The notes: generated by a model from the sequence alone, not told the origin. Counted from the stretch's first letter, positions 9,323 to 22,277 are shown. The stretch is DNA of 64,000 nt from an uncultured Thermus sp. (GCA_947085095.1 CAMTVD010000014.1:1-64000); one strand, 5' to 3'. Numbers and translations: made by a program.

Positions 9323-10440
9323 ACGGCCACCTGCCTTTGGAAGCGGGCCGAGGCCAGGAGGAGGACCAAGGCGGAAAAGAGGGCCAAGGCCAGGAGGTGG
9401 GGCCAGACCACCTGGAGGCCCACCCCCTTCAGCATCACCCCCCGGAGGACCTCAATGAGGTAACGGGCGGGTACCAGGTAGGAAAGGGCCTGGAAGAGGC
9501 GGGGCATGCCCTCAATGGGGAAGACGAAGCCGGAGAGGACGATGGTGGGTAAAACGTAGGCGTAGGTGCCGAAGACCGCCTGCACCTGGGTGCGGGTCAT
9601 GGTGGAGATGAAGACCCCTATGGCCAAGGAGCCCAGGACGAAGAGGAACATGGCCAGAAGGAGGAGGGAAAGGCTTCCCCGCACCGGCACCCCAAAGACA
9701 AAGTGCCCCAGGGCCAGCACCAGAAGGGCCACGCCAAAGGCGATGAAGAGGTTGGGGAGCACCTTCCCCAGCACCATTTCATAAGGGCGCAGGGGTGAGG
9801 CCAGGAGGCTTTCCATCATGCGGCTTTCCGCCTCCCGCACGATGGCCAAGGCGGTGAGGAGAACGGTGAAGGCGGTGAGGATTAGGCCGAGGATGCCCGG
9901 GATCATGAACCAGGCGGTTTTGTTCTCCGGGTTGTAGAGGGTGTGGATCTCCGGGGACAAAGGGGGAAGCACCCTTTCCCCGGCCAGGGCCCGGCCCACC
10001 AGGATGCGGGCGTTCACCTCCTGGATGACCCTTCTCAGGGCGGCCTGGGCCTGGAAGGCGAAGTTGGGGTCGGTGCCGTCCACGTAGATCTCCAGGCGCA
10101 CGCTCTCCCCCCGGCGCACCCGCTCCAAGGCCCCTGCAGGGATGACCAGGCCCACCCGGGCCCGGCCCCGGTCCAGGGCGGCCACCACCTCCTCCCGGCT
10201 CTGGGCCTGGAGGGCCAGGCGGAAGGTGCCCTCCTTGGTCAACTCCCAGAGCAAGGTCTTGCTGATGCGGTCCTGGGCGGCGTCGTGCACGGCCACAGGG
10301 ATGTTCTTCAGGGTGAAGTTGATGGCGTAGCCGAAGAGGAAAAGCATCAGGCTGGGCAGGAGGACGATAAGCCGGGGCAGAACGTGGTCCCGCCGGATCT
10401 GCAAGAGCTCCTTCTCCGCCAGGGCCAGGATGCGGCTCAT
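9319..10440 (-). CDS. ABC-2 type permease (YbhR/YbhS-like)
   Basis: KELLQIRRD, YNP..TAWFMIPG, SGFVFPIEGMP. Confidence 0.9.
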   Translation of the reverse strand: MSRILALAEKELLQIRRDHVLPRLIVLLPSLMLFLFGYAINFTLKNIPVAVHDAAQDRISKTLLWELTKEGTFRLALQAQSREEVVAALDRGRARVGLVIPAGALERVRRGESVRLEIYVDGTDPNFAFQAQAALRRVIQEVNARILVGRALAGERVLPPLSPEIHTLYNPENKTAWFMIPGILGLILTAFTVLLTALAIVREAESRMMESLLASPLRPYEMVLGKVLPNLFIAFGVALLVLALGHFVFGVPVRGSLSLLLLAMFLFVLGSLAIGVFISTMTRTQVQAVFGTYAYVLPTIVLSGFVFPIEGMPRLFQALSYLVPARYLIEVLRGVMLKGVGLQVVWPHLLALALFSALVLLLASARFQRQVAV

Positions 10441-11297
10441 AAGGCCTCCTTGGTGAGGAGGGCGAAGACGTCCTCCAGGCTGGGCTCCACCTCCTGGAAG
10501 CCCACCCCCATCTGAAAGTCCTTGCGGGCGATCAGCCGCACCCCCTCCCCGCTCGGCCAGGCCTCCAGGACCCCAGGAAGCGAGGTGGCGGCCTCGAGGG
10601 CAAACCCCGGAGCGAAGAGGAAGCGGGCCCTTTCCCGGGCCAGGGCCTTGAGCTCCTGGGGCGTGCCCACGGCCAGGACCCGCCCTGCGAAGAGGAGGGC
10701 CAGGCGGTGGCAGCGCTCCGCCTCATCCATGTAGTGGGTGGTGACCAAGACCGCCGCCCCCCGGGCCGCCTCCTGGTGGATGAGCCCCCAGATGCCCCGG
10801 CGGGAAAGGGGATCCAGCCCGGTGGTAGGCTCGTCCAGGAAGAGGACCTGGGGACGGTGGACCACCGCCTGGGCCAGGGCCAGGCGTTGCCGCCAGCCCC
10901 CGGAAAGGTGGCCGGCCAGGGCCTTGGCGTAAGGGGCCAGGCCAAAGCGGGCCAGGGCCTCGGCGGCCAGGGTCTTGGCCTCCTTGGGGCGGTAGAGGCG
11001 GGCGCGGAAGAGGAGGTTCTCCTCCACGGAAAGGTCCCGGTAGAGGCTCTGCTCCTGCGTGGCGTAGCCGATCAGGGCCTTCACCCGGTAGGGCTCCCGC
11101 CCCACGTCCAGCCCCGCCACCAAGGCCCTTCCCTCATCCGGCCGCAAAACCCCGCTAAGAATCCGCACCAGGGTGGTCTTCCCCGCCCCGTTGGGCCCCA
11201 GAAGGCCGAAGACCTCCCCGGGGCGGACCTCAAGGCTTACCCGGTCCAAGGCCTTCAGAGCTCCAAAGCTTCTCGTGATCGCCTCCGCCCGGACCAC
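10437..11297 (-). CDS. ABC transporter ATP-binding protein
   Basis: GPNGAGKTT, LSGGWRQR, FLDEPTTGLD, TTHYMDEAE. Confidence 0.95.
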   Translation of the reverse strand: MVRAEAITRSFGALKALDRVSLEVRPGEVFGLLGPNGAGKTTLVRILSGVLRPDEGRALVAGLDVGREPYRVKALIGYATQEQSLYRDLSVEENLLFRARLYRPKEAKTLAAEALARFGLAPYAKALAGHLSGGWRQRLALAQAVVHRPQVLFLDEPTTGLDPLSRRGIWGLIHQEAARGAAVLVTTHYMDEAERCHRLALLFAGRVLAVGTPQELKALARERARFLFAPGFALEAATSLPGVLEAWPSGEGVRLIARKDFQMGVGFQEVEPSLEDVFALLTKEAL

Positions 11298-11374
11298 GCC
11301 TCCAGGGCCACGCTACCGCCCCATTCCCATCCCGTCAACCCCAGGCCGTGGCATACTTTTCTTGGAGGGAAGCG

Positions 11375-12037
11375 ATGAACCTGCTGGACCGCATCAGCCG
11401 CCTCATCCGGGCGAACCTCAATGACCTTCTCCGCCGCGCCGAGGACCCGGAAAAGATCATGGAGCAGGCTCTTCTGGAGATGAAGGGGGCCCTAAAGGAG
11501 GCCCGGGAGCAGGTGGCCCAGGCCATGGCCGAGGGCAAGCGCCTGGAAAGGGATGTGGAAAGCCACGAGAAGGAGGCCCTCCTCTGGGAGGAAAAGGCCA
11601 AGGAGGCCTTGGGGGCCGGCCGGGAAGACCTGGCCAAGGAGGCCCTCCGGCGGAGGAAGCGGGCCTTGGACCTGGCGGAGGGCTTCAAGGGGCAGCTGGG
11701 GGAGCAACGGGCCCTCCTGGAGCGCCTCGTGACCCAGCTCAAGGCCCTCGAGGCCAAGATAGACGAGGCCGAGGCCCGGAAGAAACTCCTTTTGGCCAGG
11801 AAAAAGGGGGTGGAGGCCGCCGAGGCGGTGCGGCGCATGGAGTCCCGCCTGGACCAGCACCCAGCCTTGGAGGCCTTTGAGGAGATGGAGGCCCGCATCC
11901 TGGCCATGGAGGACCGGCACGAGGCCCTGAAGGAGATGGACGGCAAGGACCTGGACAAGGAGCTTTCCACCCTCTCCGCCGAGAAGGAGGTGGAGGCGGA
12001 GCTCCTCCGCCTCAAGCGGGAGCTGGGCCAGGCCTGA
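11375..12037 (+). CDS. pspA: PspA/IM30 family protein
   Basis: MNLLDRISRLIRANLNDLLRRAEDPEK; coiled coil; GGAGG RBS. Confidence 0.92.
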   Translation: MNLLDRISRLIRANLNDLLRRAEDPEKIMEQALLEMKGALKEAREQVAQAMAEGKRLERDVESHEKEALLWEEKAKEALGAGREDLAKEALRRRKRALDLAEGFKGQLGEQRALLERLVTQLKALEAKIDEAEARKKLLLARKKGVEAAEAVRRMESRLDQHPALEAFEEMEARILAMEDRHEALKEMDGKDLDKELSTLSAEKEVEAELLRLKRELGQA

Positions 12038-12042
12038 GGGAG

Positions 12043-12393
12043 ATGCTCCAGCTTCTAGAGATCCTCCTTCTGATGCTGGCCCACCTGGTGCGTCCCAGAG
12101 AGGGGCTCACCCGGGTCCGGGAACACCTCAAGGGGCTTGTGAGGTGAAGGCGGCTCTCAGGGAGCAAGAGCGTGGGCTCAAAGAGGCTTTGGCGGCCCCC
12201 CACCTTCTTCCCGAAACCCGTGGGGAACTGGAAAAGGCCCTGGCGGGGGTCAGGGAGGGGCGGAAGCGGCTCCTCGGCCTCCTGGAGAGTCTGGCGGCGG
12301 AGCGGGCTTTGGCCAAGGGGAACCTCGAGGCTGGAGGCCCACCTCTCCGACCTCCGCCAAGTGTTGGCCAGCCTACGGGAGGGAAGGGGGTAA
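12043..12393 (+). pseudogene. frameshifted small membrane-anchored coiled-coil gene
   Basis: Coding-like segments in three consecutive frames: MLQLLEILLLMLAHLVRP... / KAALREQERGL...AKGNLE / LEAHLSDLRQVLASLREGRG*. Confidence 0.5.
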
Positions 12394-12403
12394 ACTCCGT
12401 ACC

Positions 12404-13048
12404 ATGAGGCGGTACCTCATGGCCCTCACCCTGACCCTCGCCGCCTGCGCCCCCCAGGTGACCCAACCCCCGGAGGCCCGCCCTCTCCTGGAGGAAAGGG
12501 CCTTCTACCCCGCCACCACCGGACTGGAGTGGGTCTATGTGCCTGAGGGGGAGTCCCTGGCCTCCCCCCCCTACCGGATGCGGGTGGAAGGCCCCACGGC
12601 CTTTGAGGGCCAGGAAGCCCTCCGCTTCCGCGTTTTCGGCCGAGGGGAGGACCGGGTCTACTTCCGCCAGGTGGGCCCCTTTGGGGTGAGGCTCTTGGGC
12701 TTCCAGGAGCCCTCGGCCCGGGTGGTCTTCGCCCCCCCGCTTCTGGAATATCCCCCCGAGGCCCTTCTCGCCCCCGGCTACCGCTGGGGTGGCACCACCA
12801 CTGTGCGGGTGGAGCTCCTCACCCCCTCGGGGCGGGAACCCCTCACCCAGGGCCCCTTGAACTACGGGATGGAGGTCCTGGAGGAGCGGGAGGTGGGGGT
12901 GCCGGCGGGGTCTTTCCGCATCTACCGGATCCGCCAAACCTTCCAAGACAGCCGCAGCCAGGAGGTGCGTGAGGTCTGGCTTGCCCCCCGGGTGGGGGAG
13001 GTGCGCACCCGGGAGGGGCGCATCCTGGTGGAGCGCAACTTCCGCTAG
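12404..13048 (+). CDS. hypothetical lipoprotein
   Basis: Lipobox LAAC; beta-rich, VGVPAGSF..EVWLAPRVGEV. Confidence 0.75.
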   Translation: MRRYLMALTLTLAACAPQVTQPPEARPLLEERAFYPATTGLEWVYVPEGESLASPPYRMRVEGPTAFEGQEALRFRVFGRGEDRVYFRQVGPFGVRLLGFQEPSARVVFAPPLLEYPPEALLAPGYRWGGTTTVRVELLTPSGREPLTQGPLNYGMEVLEEREVGVPAGSFRIYRIRQTFQDSRSQEVREVWLAPRVGEVRTREGRILVERNFR

Positions 13049-13057
13049 AGGTGGAGC

Positions 13058-14905
13058 ATGGTTCTAGACAAGGTGAATAGCCCCGAGGACCTGAAGAAGC
13101 TAAGTCTGGCAGAGCTCTTAGAGCTGGCGGAGGAGATCCGCAGCGAGATCATCCGGGTCACCGCGCAAAACGGCGGCCATCTGGCGAGCTCTCTGGGAGC
13201 GGTGGAGCTGATCCTGGCCCTGCACCGGGTCTTCCACTCCCCCAACGACAAGATCCTCTTTGACGTGGGGCACCAGGCCTACGCCCACAAGCTGGTCACC
13301 GGGCGCAAGGACCGGTTCCACACCCTGCGCCAGGAGGGCGGCCTCTCCGGCTTCACCAAGGTCTCCGAGTCCCCCCATGACGCCATCACCGTGGGGCACG
13401 CCTCCACCTCCTTGGCCCACGCCCTGGGCATGGCCCTCGCCCGGGACCTCCGGGGGGAGGACCACCACGTGGTGGCGGTGATCGGGGACGGGGCCCTCAC
13501 GGGGGGGATGGCCCTGGCGGCCCTCAACAAGATCGGGGAGCTCCAAAAAAGGATGCTCATCATCCTCAACGATAACGAGATGAGCATCTCCGAGAACGTG
13601 GGGGCTCTCAACAAGTACTTCAAGGAGCTCCAGATAAGAAAGTGGGTCCAGGACGCAGAGAAACTGGGCCGGCACATCCTGGAGCGCATCTCCCCCCAGC
13701 TTTTCGGCCTGGTGGACCGGGCCAAGGAGGCGGCCAAGCTCCTCCTCCACCAGGAGAACCCCTTCTACGCCTGGGGCCTCCGCTACGTGGGCCCCGTGGA
13801 CGGGCACGACCTCAAGGGCCTCATCCACATCCTGGAACACCTTAAGGAGCTGGAAGGCCCCACCCTCCTCCACGTGGTCACCCAGAAGGGCAAGGGCTAC
13901 AAGGTGGCCGAGGCCGACCCCATCTACTGGCACGGCCCCCCCGGCTTTGACCCCAAGAAGCCGGAGAAGGTCTCCAAGGGCTACTCCTGGAGCCAGGCCT
14001 TTGGGGATGCGGTCACGGAGCTCGCCCACCTGGAGCCCAGGCTTTTCGTCATCACCCCCGCCATGCGGGAGGGCTCGGGCCTGGTGCGCTACTCCCTGGA
14101 GCACCCCGAGCGCTACCTGGACGTGGGTATCTGCGAGGACGTGGCGGTGACCACGGCGGCGGGCCTGGCCCTCAAAGGCATGAAGCCCATCGTGGCCATC
14201 TACTCCACCTTCCTGCAGCGGGCCTACGACCAGGCCATCCACGACGTGGCCATAGAGAACCTCCCCGTGGTCTTCGCCATAGACCGGGCAGGGCTCGTGG
14301 GGGCGGACGGGGCCACCCACCACGGGGTCTTTGACATTGCCTATCTGAGGACCATCCCCCACTTCCAGATCGCCGCCCCCAAGGACGCCCTGGAGCTCAG
14401 GGCCATGCTGAAAAAGGCCCTGGAGGTGGGGGGGCCGGTGGCCATCCGCTACCCCCGGGACAACGTGGAGCGGGTGGCGGAAGGGGTCTGGCCGGAGATC
14501 GCCTGGGGAAGGTGGGAGGTGCTCAAGGAGGGGACGGAGGCCTACATCCTGGCCTTTGGAAAAACGCTGAAGTACGCCCTCGAGGCCGCCGGGGAGGACC
14601 CCAGGGTAGGGGTGGTGAACGCCCGCTTCCTCAAGCCCCTGGACCTGGAGACCCTGCGGGGGCTTTCCCGGTATAAGCTCCTCACCGTGGAGGACCACCA
14701 GAGGATGGGCGGCTTCGGGAGCGCAGTCCTGGAGGCCCTGAACGAGATGGGCCTTGCACCTGAGGTGCGGGTCCTGGGCTTGCCAGACCGTTTCTTTGAG
14801 CATGGCACCATCCCCAGCCTCCACCGCCAGGCGGGCATTGATCCGGAAGGGATCCGGAAGGCCCTCCTGGCGATGGGCATAGACCTGGTCCGTGAGCGCG
14901 CCTGA
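13058..14905 (+). CDS. dxs: 1-deoxy-D-xylulose-5-phosphate synthase
   Basis: [40 protein letters not shown]. Confidence 0.98.
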   Translation: MVLDKVNSPEDLKKLSLAELLELAEEIRSEIIRVTAQNGGHLASSLGAVELILALHRVFHSPNDKILFDVGHQAYAHKLVTGRKDRFHTLRQEGGLSGFTKVSESPHDAITVGHASTSLAHALGMALARDLRGEDHHVVAVIGDGALTGGMALAALNKIGELQKRMLIILNDNEMSISENVGALNKYFKELQIRKWVQDAEKLGRHILERISPQLFGLVDRAKEAAKLLLHQENPFYAWGLRYVGPVDGHDLKGLIHILEHLKELEGPTLLHVVTQKGKGYKVAEADPIYWHGPPGFDPKKPEKVSKGYSWSQAFGDAVTELAHLEPRLFVITPAMREGSGLVRYSLEHPERYLDVGICEDVAVTTAAGLALKGMKPIVAIYSTFLQRAYDQAIHDVAIENLPVVFAIDRAGLVGADGATHHGVFDIAYLRTIPHFQIAAPKDALELRAMLKKALEVGGPVAIRYPRDNVERVAEGVWPEIAWGRWEVLKEGTEAYILAFGKTLKYALEAAGEDPRVGVVNARFLKPLDLETLRGLSRYKLLTVEDHQRMGGFGSAVLEALNEMGLAPEVRVLGLPDRFFEHGTIPSLHRQAGIDPEGIRKALLAMGIDLVRERA

Positions 14906-15506
14906 GGTCCTGCGCTTTTCCGCCAACCTCTACCGCGTCCCCGGGGAAGGGGGGTATTTCCAGGTGGACGCGGGCCTCCCCTGGGAGGCGAAAAGGCTCC
15001 TTGCCCTCCTAAAAACCCCGCCCAAGCTCCTCTTCCTCACCCACCACCACCTGGACCACTCGGGGGGAGCCAGGGCCCTCTGGGAACGCTTTGGCCTCCC
15101 CGTCCTAGCCCACCCCAGGGAGTGGCCCTACCTGACCGGGGAAAGGCCCCGCCCACCCCTGCCCATCCCCCTTTTGGGCAAGGCCCTGGCCAACCTGGGC
15201 CCGCCCCTCCCCAAGGAGGCCCTGAGACCCGCGGAGGAGGGGGAGGAGGTCTTCGGCTGGCGGGTGGTGGCCCTCCCCGGGCACACCCTGGGCCAGGTGG
15301 GCCTCCTTAGAGAGGGGGTCCTCCTGGCGGGGGACGCCCTTAGGGGAAAGGGCCTTCCCCCCAGGTTCATCAACGAGGACCAGGAGCTGGCCCGGCGCAC
15401 GGTGCGCAAGATCCTGGACCTCGGGGTGGAGCGGGTCTACCTGGGGCACGGGGGGCCCCTGGACCGGGAGGAGGTGGAGGCCATAGCCCGTAGACTGGGG
15501 GTATGA
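14892..15506 (+). CDS. MBL-fold metallo-hydrolase
   Basis: [20 protein letters not shown]. Confidence 0.9.
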   Translation: MSAPEVLRFSANLYRVPGEGGYFQVDAGLPWEAKRLLALLKTPPKLLFLTHHHLDHSGGARALWERFGLPVLAHPREWPYLTGERPRPPLPIPLLGKALANLGPPLPKEALRPAEEGEEVFGWRVVALPGHTLGQVGLLREGVLLAGDALRGKGLPPRFINEDQELARRTVRKILDLGVERVYLGHGGPLDREEVEAIARRLGV

Positions 15507-16501
15507 GGAAAACCTTCGCCCTCCTTTTCCTGAGCCTCGCCGCCCTGGCCCAGGAGGTGGTGGTCTACCCGGGCTTCGCGGAGATCAAGGAGCCCCTGGT
15601 CCTTCCCCCCTCCGCCTGGGTCTACCTGGTGGGGGATAGGCTCTCCCGCATCCCCCAGGGTTCCTTGCGCCTCCTTGGGGTGGAGGAGACGGAAAGGGTC
15701 TACCAAGGGGGTGCGGTCCTCTTCCGCTACCGGGGGGAGGGGCAGGCCACCTTGCGCTACCTCTACACGGGGCTTTCCGGGGAGGTGTTCTACACCCTTT
15801 TGGAGGGCCGCCTCACCGCCTGGGCCCGGTTCCGCCTCGAGGGGGAGGCCCTGGAGGCCAGAAAGCTCACCCTCCTCGTGGGAGAAGCGTCCCTCCTGAG
15901 CCCGCCCGAGAAGGCTGCGCCCCAGGTGGCCTTCCGCACCCTGGAGGAAGCCCCGGGAGAGACCCCCTTTGGCCTCTTCCGCTACGAGCTGGGGGCAAGA
16001 AGGCTTTTACCCGGCATCACCGAGATCCCCTTCCTGAAGGCCGAGGTGGCCCCGGAGCGGCTCCTCGGTTACCAGGCCCCCTTCCGCACGGACAGGCTCC
16101 TCCCCCTGGAACGGGGCTACCGCTTCCTGGCCCCCTTCCCCCTGGCCCCCGGAACCCTGGAGGTGAGCGAAGGGGGCTTCTTCCTGGGCCAGGCCACGAT
16201 GCCCCCCACGCCCAAAGGGGAGCGGGCCGAGGTCTGGCTGGGTAAGGACCTGGAGGCCAGGCTAACCCGCAAGGTGGAGCGGGTGGGCGAAACCGAGAAG
16301 GAAGCGGGCTACCGGGTGGAAACCCGCCTGGAGAACCCCTACCCCTACCCCGTGGTCCTCCTCCTCTCGGAGATCTTTCCCCGGCCCTTCCGGTTGGACT
16401 TTCCCGGGGCCACCCTCCTCCCCGAAGGGTACCGCCTCGAGGCGGCCCTGAAGCCCAAGGAGGTCCGCACCTTCGTCTACCGCCTCACCCTGCCCCGCTA
16501 G
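15503..16501 (+). CDS. secreted DUF4139-like protein
   Basis: Signal peptide; VVVYPGFAEI N-terminus, YLYTGLSG, PLAPG..FLGQA..LGKD. Confidence 0.6.
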   Translation: MRKTFALLFLSLAALAQEVVVYPGFAEIKEPLVLPPSAWVYLVGDRLSRIPQGSLRLLGVEETERVYQGGAVLFRYRGEGQATLRYLYTGLSGEVFYTLLEGRLTAWARFRLEGEALEARKLTLLVGEASLLSPPEKAAPQVAFRTLEEAPGETPFGLFRYELGARRLLPGITEIPFLKAEVAPERLLGYQAPFRTDRLLPLERGYRFLAPFPLAPGTLEVSEGGFFLGQATMPPTPKGERAEVWLGKDLEARLTRKVERVGETEKEAGYRVETRLENPYPYPVVLLLSEIFPRPFRLDFPGATLLPEGYRLEAALKPKEVRTFVYRLTLPR

Positions 16502-16539
16502 GGACATCTGCCCCAGCCCCCTTTGGGCATGGTAGGGGT

Positions 16540-17604
16540 ATGAAACCGGACCTCCACCGCTTCCCCCTCCTCGTGGCCTGGGAGATGACCCGGGCCTGCC
16601 TCCTGGCCTGCCTCCACTGCCGGGCCTCCGCCGAGCCCGACCCCCTCCCCGGGGAGCTTTCCACGGAGGAGGGGCTCAGGCTTCTTCGGGAACTGGCCAC
16701 CTACACCCCCAAGCCCATCCTCCTGCCCACGGGGGGCGACCCCTTGGCCCGCCCCGACCTCTTCCTCCTCCTGGAGGAGGCGCAGCGCCTGGGCATCAAG
16801 GTGGGGATCACCCCCGCCGTGACCCCCCGCCTCACCCGGGAGGTGGTGGCCCGCTTCAAGGCCTTGGGGGTTCACCAGATGGCCATCTCCCTGGACGGGG
16901 CGAGCCCCGAGGCCCACGACGGCTTCCGGGGGGTGGAGGGCACCTTCGCCCTGGCCCTGAAGGCCCTGGACTGGGCGCGGGAGGTGGGGCTCATGACCCA
17001 GGTGAACACCACCGTGTCCCGGCGCACCTGGCAGGAGCTCCCCGGCATCGCCCGGATCCTGGCGGAAAAGGGTGTGGCCACCTGGGAGGTCTTCTTCCTG
17101 GTGCCCGTGGGCCGGGGAGCCCTTTTGGACCAGCTTTCCCCCGAGGAGTACGAGGAGGTCATGCACCTCCTCTACGACCTCTCCCGCCGCTACCCTTTCA
17201 AGGTGCGCACCACGGAAGGCCCCATGTTCCGCCGGGTGGCCCTGGAGCGCAGGCGGAAGGAGGGTGGGGAGGATGGGGCCTTGGTGGGGGAGGGGCGGGG
17301 GGTCCACCTCTCCGACGGCTTCGGCTTCGTCTTCGTCTCCTCCACGGGGGAGGTCTACCCCTCGGGGTTTTTGCCCCTGCCTGCGGGGAACGTGCGGGAG
17401 CGCCCCCTATTGGAGATCTACCGGGAAACCCCCCTCTTCCAGGAACTCCGCAACAAGGCTCTCCTCAAGGGAAAGTGCGGCCTTTGCGAGTACCGGGATC
17501 TCTGCGGGGGAAGCCGGGCCCGGGCCTGGGCCGAGACCGGGGACCACCTGGCCGCCGACCCCCGGTGCGCCTACACCCCCCGAGGACAAATGCCCCTGGC
17601 CTGA
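16540..17604 (+). CDS. radical SAM/SPASM protein (TIGR04053 / AhbD-NirJ-like)
   Basis: WEMTRACLLACLHCRA (CxxxCxxC), TGGDPL, C-terminal CGLCEYRDLCGGSRARA..DPRC. Confidence 0.88.
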   Translation: MKPDLHRFPLLVAWEMTRACLLACLHCRASAEPDPLPGELSTEEGLRLLRELATYTPKPILLPTGGDPLARPDLFLLLEEAQRLGIKVGITPAVTPRLTREVVARFKALGVHQMAISLDGASPEAHDGFRGVEGTFALALKALDWAREVGLMTQVNTTVSRRTWQELPGIARILAEKGVATWEVFFLVPVGRGALLDQLSPEEYEEVMHLLYDLSRRYPFKVRTTEGPMFRRVALERRRKEGGEDGALVGEGRGVHLSDGFGFVFVSSTGEVYPSGFLPLPAGNVRERPLLEIYRETPLFQELRNKALLKGKCGLCEYRDLCGGSRARAWAETGDHLAADPRCAYTPRGQMPLA

Positions 17605-17632
17605 AAAGGAGCCCACGTACTATGATGCCCCC

Positions 17633-18061
17633 GTGAAGCGGCTCCTGCCCCTTTTGGGTTTCCTGGGACTCTTGGCCCTGGCCCAAAGTCCTGGGGCCAA
17701 GCTCTACTCCGCCCATTGCCAAAGCTGCCACCAGGCGAACGGCCAAGGCATCCCTGGCGTCTTCCCACCCCTCACCCACCTGGACCAGCTGGTCCAGGCC
17801 AAGGGAGGACGCGAGTACCTGGTCCGGGTGACGCTTTACGGCCTGCAGGGGCCCATGACCGTGGCGGGGAAGGCCTACAACGGCCTCATGCCCCCCTTCC
17901 GCCAGCTCAAGGACCAGGAGGTGGCCGACCTCCTCAACCACATCCTCACCACCTTCGCCAAGTCCAAGGCCAAGCCCATCACCCCCGCCGAGGTGAAGGC
18001 GGCAAGGGCCAAGGCCCTCTCGCCCCAGGAGGTGCTCAAGTCCCGTCCCCCGGTCAAGTAG
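17633..18061 (+). CDS. periplasmic monoheme cytochrome c (c552-like)
   Basis: Signal peptide; CQSCH; GQGIPGVFPPL; YNGLMP distal Met. Confidence 0.9.
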   Translation: MKRLLPLLGFLGLLALAQSPGAKLYSAHCQSCHQANGQGIPGVFPPLTHLDQLVQAKGGREYLVRVTLYGLQGPMTVAGKAYNGLMPPFRQLKDQEVADLLNHILTTFAKSKAKPITPAEVKAARAKALSPQEVLKSRPPVK

Positions 18062-18079
18062 ACCGGTCCACTCCCTCCC

Positions 18080-18103
18080 CCCGGGGCCCCTAGGGGCCCC
18101 GGG
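18080..18103. terminator. perfect palindrome / bidirectional terminator between convergent genes
   Basis: cccggggcccc-ta-ggggccccggg. Confidence 0.55.
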
Positions 18104-18108
18104 CCCAT

Positions 18109-20800
<2,692 letters not shown>

Positions 20801-20850
20801 TCAGGGGCGGGAAGCGTATGGAAACGCTTCACACCCCTCCGCATCCAAGC

Positions 20851-21978
20851 TTACACCCGCAGGGGCACCACCACCGCCTGGTAGCCCTCCGCCTCCGCCA
20901 AAGGGCGCACCAGGCTGGGGCTTTGGGGTCCGGAGAAGAGAAGCTCCGCCTCGCCGGAGATGGGGGCCAGGGCCTCGAGGAGGTACCGGGCGTTATAGGC
21001 CAGGCCCATGGGGGTTCCCGAAAGGCTCACGGCGAGCTCCTCCTGGCCCTTGCCGTAGTCCCCTTCCGCGGAGAGCAGGGCCCGGCCCTCCTGGAAGAGC
21101 AGGTCTACCCGGTGGTTCTGCTTGTCGGCGAGGACGCTTACCCGCCTCAGGGCCTCCCGGAAGGGTTCGGCCTCCAAGGCCACCTTCAGGGGGAAGTCCT
21201 TGGGGATCACCCGCTCATAGTCGGGGAACTCCCCCTCCATGAGGCGCACCGCCAGGCGCACCCGCACCCCCTCCTGTCCCACCGCCAAGCCCAGGGTGCC
21301 CTGCCCCAGAGCGAGCACCACCTCCCCCGTCCCCACGGCCTTCAGAACCCGTACCACCTCGTCCACGCTCCGGGCCGGAACCACCGCCTTTCGGGCGAAA
21401 GGCTGGGGCTTGGGAAGGTCAAAGAGGGCCAAGCGGTACCCGTCGGAGGCCACCGCCCGGAGACCCTTGCCGGAAAACTCCAGCTGCACCCCGCGGAAGA
21501 TGGCCCGGTACTCCTCGTTGCTAGCGGCGTAGCGCACCTGGGAAAGGGCCTTTTGTAGATCTTCCACGGAAAGAGCGGTGCGCTCGGGAAAGGCCTCGTC
21601 CCCCGAGACCTCTTCTGGGCTGGGGAAAAGGAGCTCTGGGTACCCCTCCATGGGAGCCAGGCTTAGCCGGGTGCGGAAACGCCCCGAGGAGAGAAGGAGC
21701 TCGCTGTCCAGGGAAAGCTCCACCACCTCTCCCGGAAGGCTCCGCACCAGTTGGAAAAAGGGTTGGGAGGGAACCAGGTAACGCCCTTCTCCCGCCACCT
21801 GAGCGGGAAGGCGAACCTCCAGGTCCACCTCCCCGTTGCTGCCAAAGAGGATCAGGTCCTCCCCTGCCGCCGCCAGGCCCAGGTAGGTGAGCAAGGGGTT
21901 GGAACTGCGTGAGGGGATCACCCTTTCCAGAAGAGCGATCTGCTCGGCCAAGAGGTTTTTGGGAAGGGTTACATTCAT
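20851..21978 (-). CDS. dnaN: DNA polymerase III beta clamp
   Basis: VASDGYRLA, RLMEGEFPDYERVIP, YNARYL, C-terminal VPLRV. Confidence 0.97.
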   Translation of the reverse strand: MNVTLPKNLLAEQIALLERVIPSRSSNPLLTYLGLAAAGEDLILFGSNGEVDLEVRLPAQVAGEGRYLVPSQPFFQLVRSLPGEVVELSLDSELLLSSGRFRTRLSLAPMEGYPELLFPSPEEVSGDEAFPERTALSVEDLQKALSQVRYAASNEEYRAIFRGVQLEFSGKGLRAVASDGYRLALFDLPKPQPFARKAVVPARSVDEVVRVLKAVGTGEVVLALGQGTLGLAVGQEGVRVRLAVRLMEGEFPDYERVIPKDFPLKVALEAEPFREALRRVSVLADKQNHRVDLLFQEGRALLSAEGDYGKGQEELAVSLSGTPMGLAYNARYLLEALAPISGEAELLFSGPQSPSLVRPLAEAEGYQAVVVPLRV

Positions 21979-21989
21979 CTCTGGTTCCT

Positions 21990-22275
21990 CCTTATTTACT
22001 GCTCCTAAAGACTCTTTAAAGATCTTAAAAGATTAGTAGTCGTAGTAATAGGGCCTGTGGATATGTGGATAAGGGGTGGAAAACGCCGTTCTGGACGAGA
22101 AAGGGCTTGTGGATAACCCCTGTGGAAAACCCCGGCTTCCCTGTGGATAAGATGTGGATAACTGGCGGGTTATCCACAGGCCTCGAGCCCCCCCAGGTTT
22201 TCCACAGGTTGTCCACAGGGTTATCCACAGGCAAAGGCGGCTTATCCACAGGGTTATCCACAGGTTATCCACAGC
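21990..22275. other. chromosomal replication origin oriC
   Basis: 9 perfect TTATCCACA/TGTGGATAA boxes (22064, 22108, 22142, 22153, 22170, 22221, 22242, 22254, 22265) and 4 one-mismatch boxes (22056, 22121, 22198, 22209); AT-rich region ~21990-22050; between dnaA and dnaN. Confidence 0.95.
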
Positions 22276-22277
22276 CC

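Noticed and set aside
13118..14926. 602-aa antisense ORF to dxs (similar cases: 27785-29677, 27387-29111, 35016-37040, 18274-19632)
   Set aside because: Shadow ORFs produced by high-GC codon bias opposite or overlapping clear genes; no recognisable motifs.
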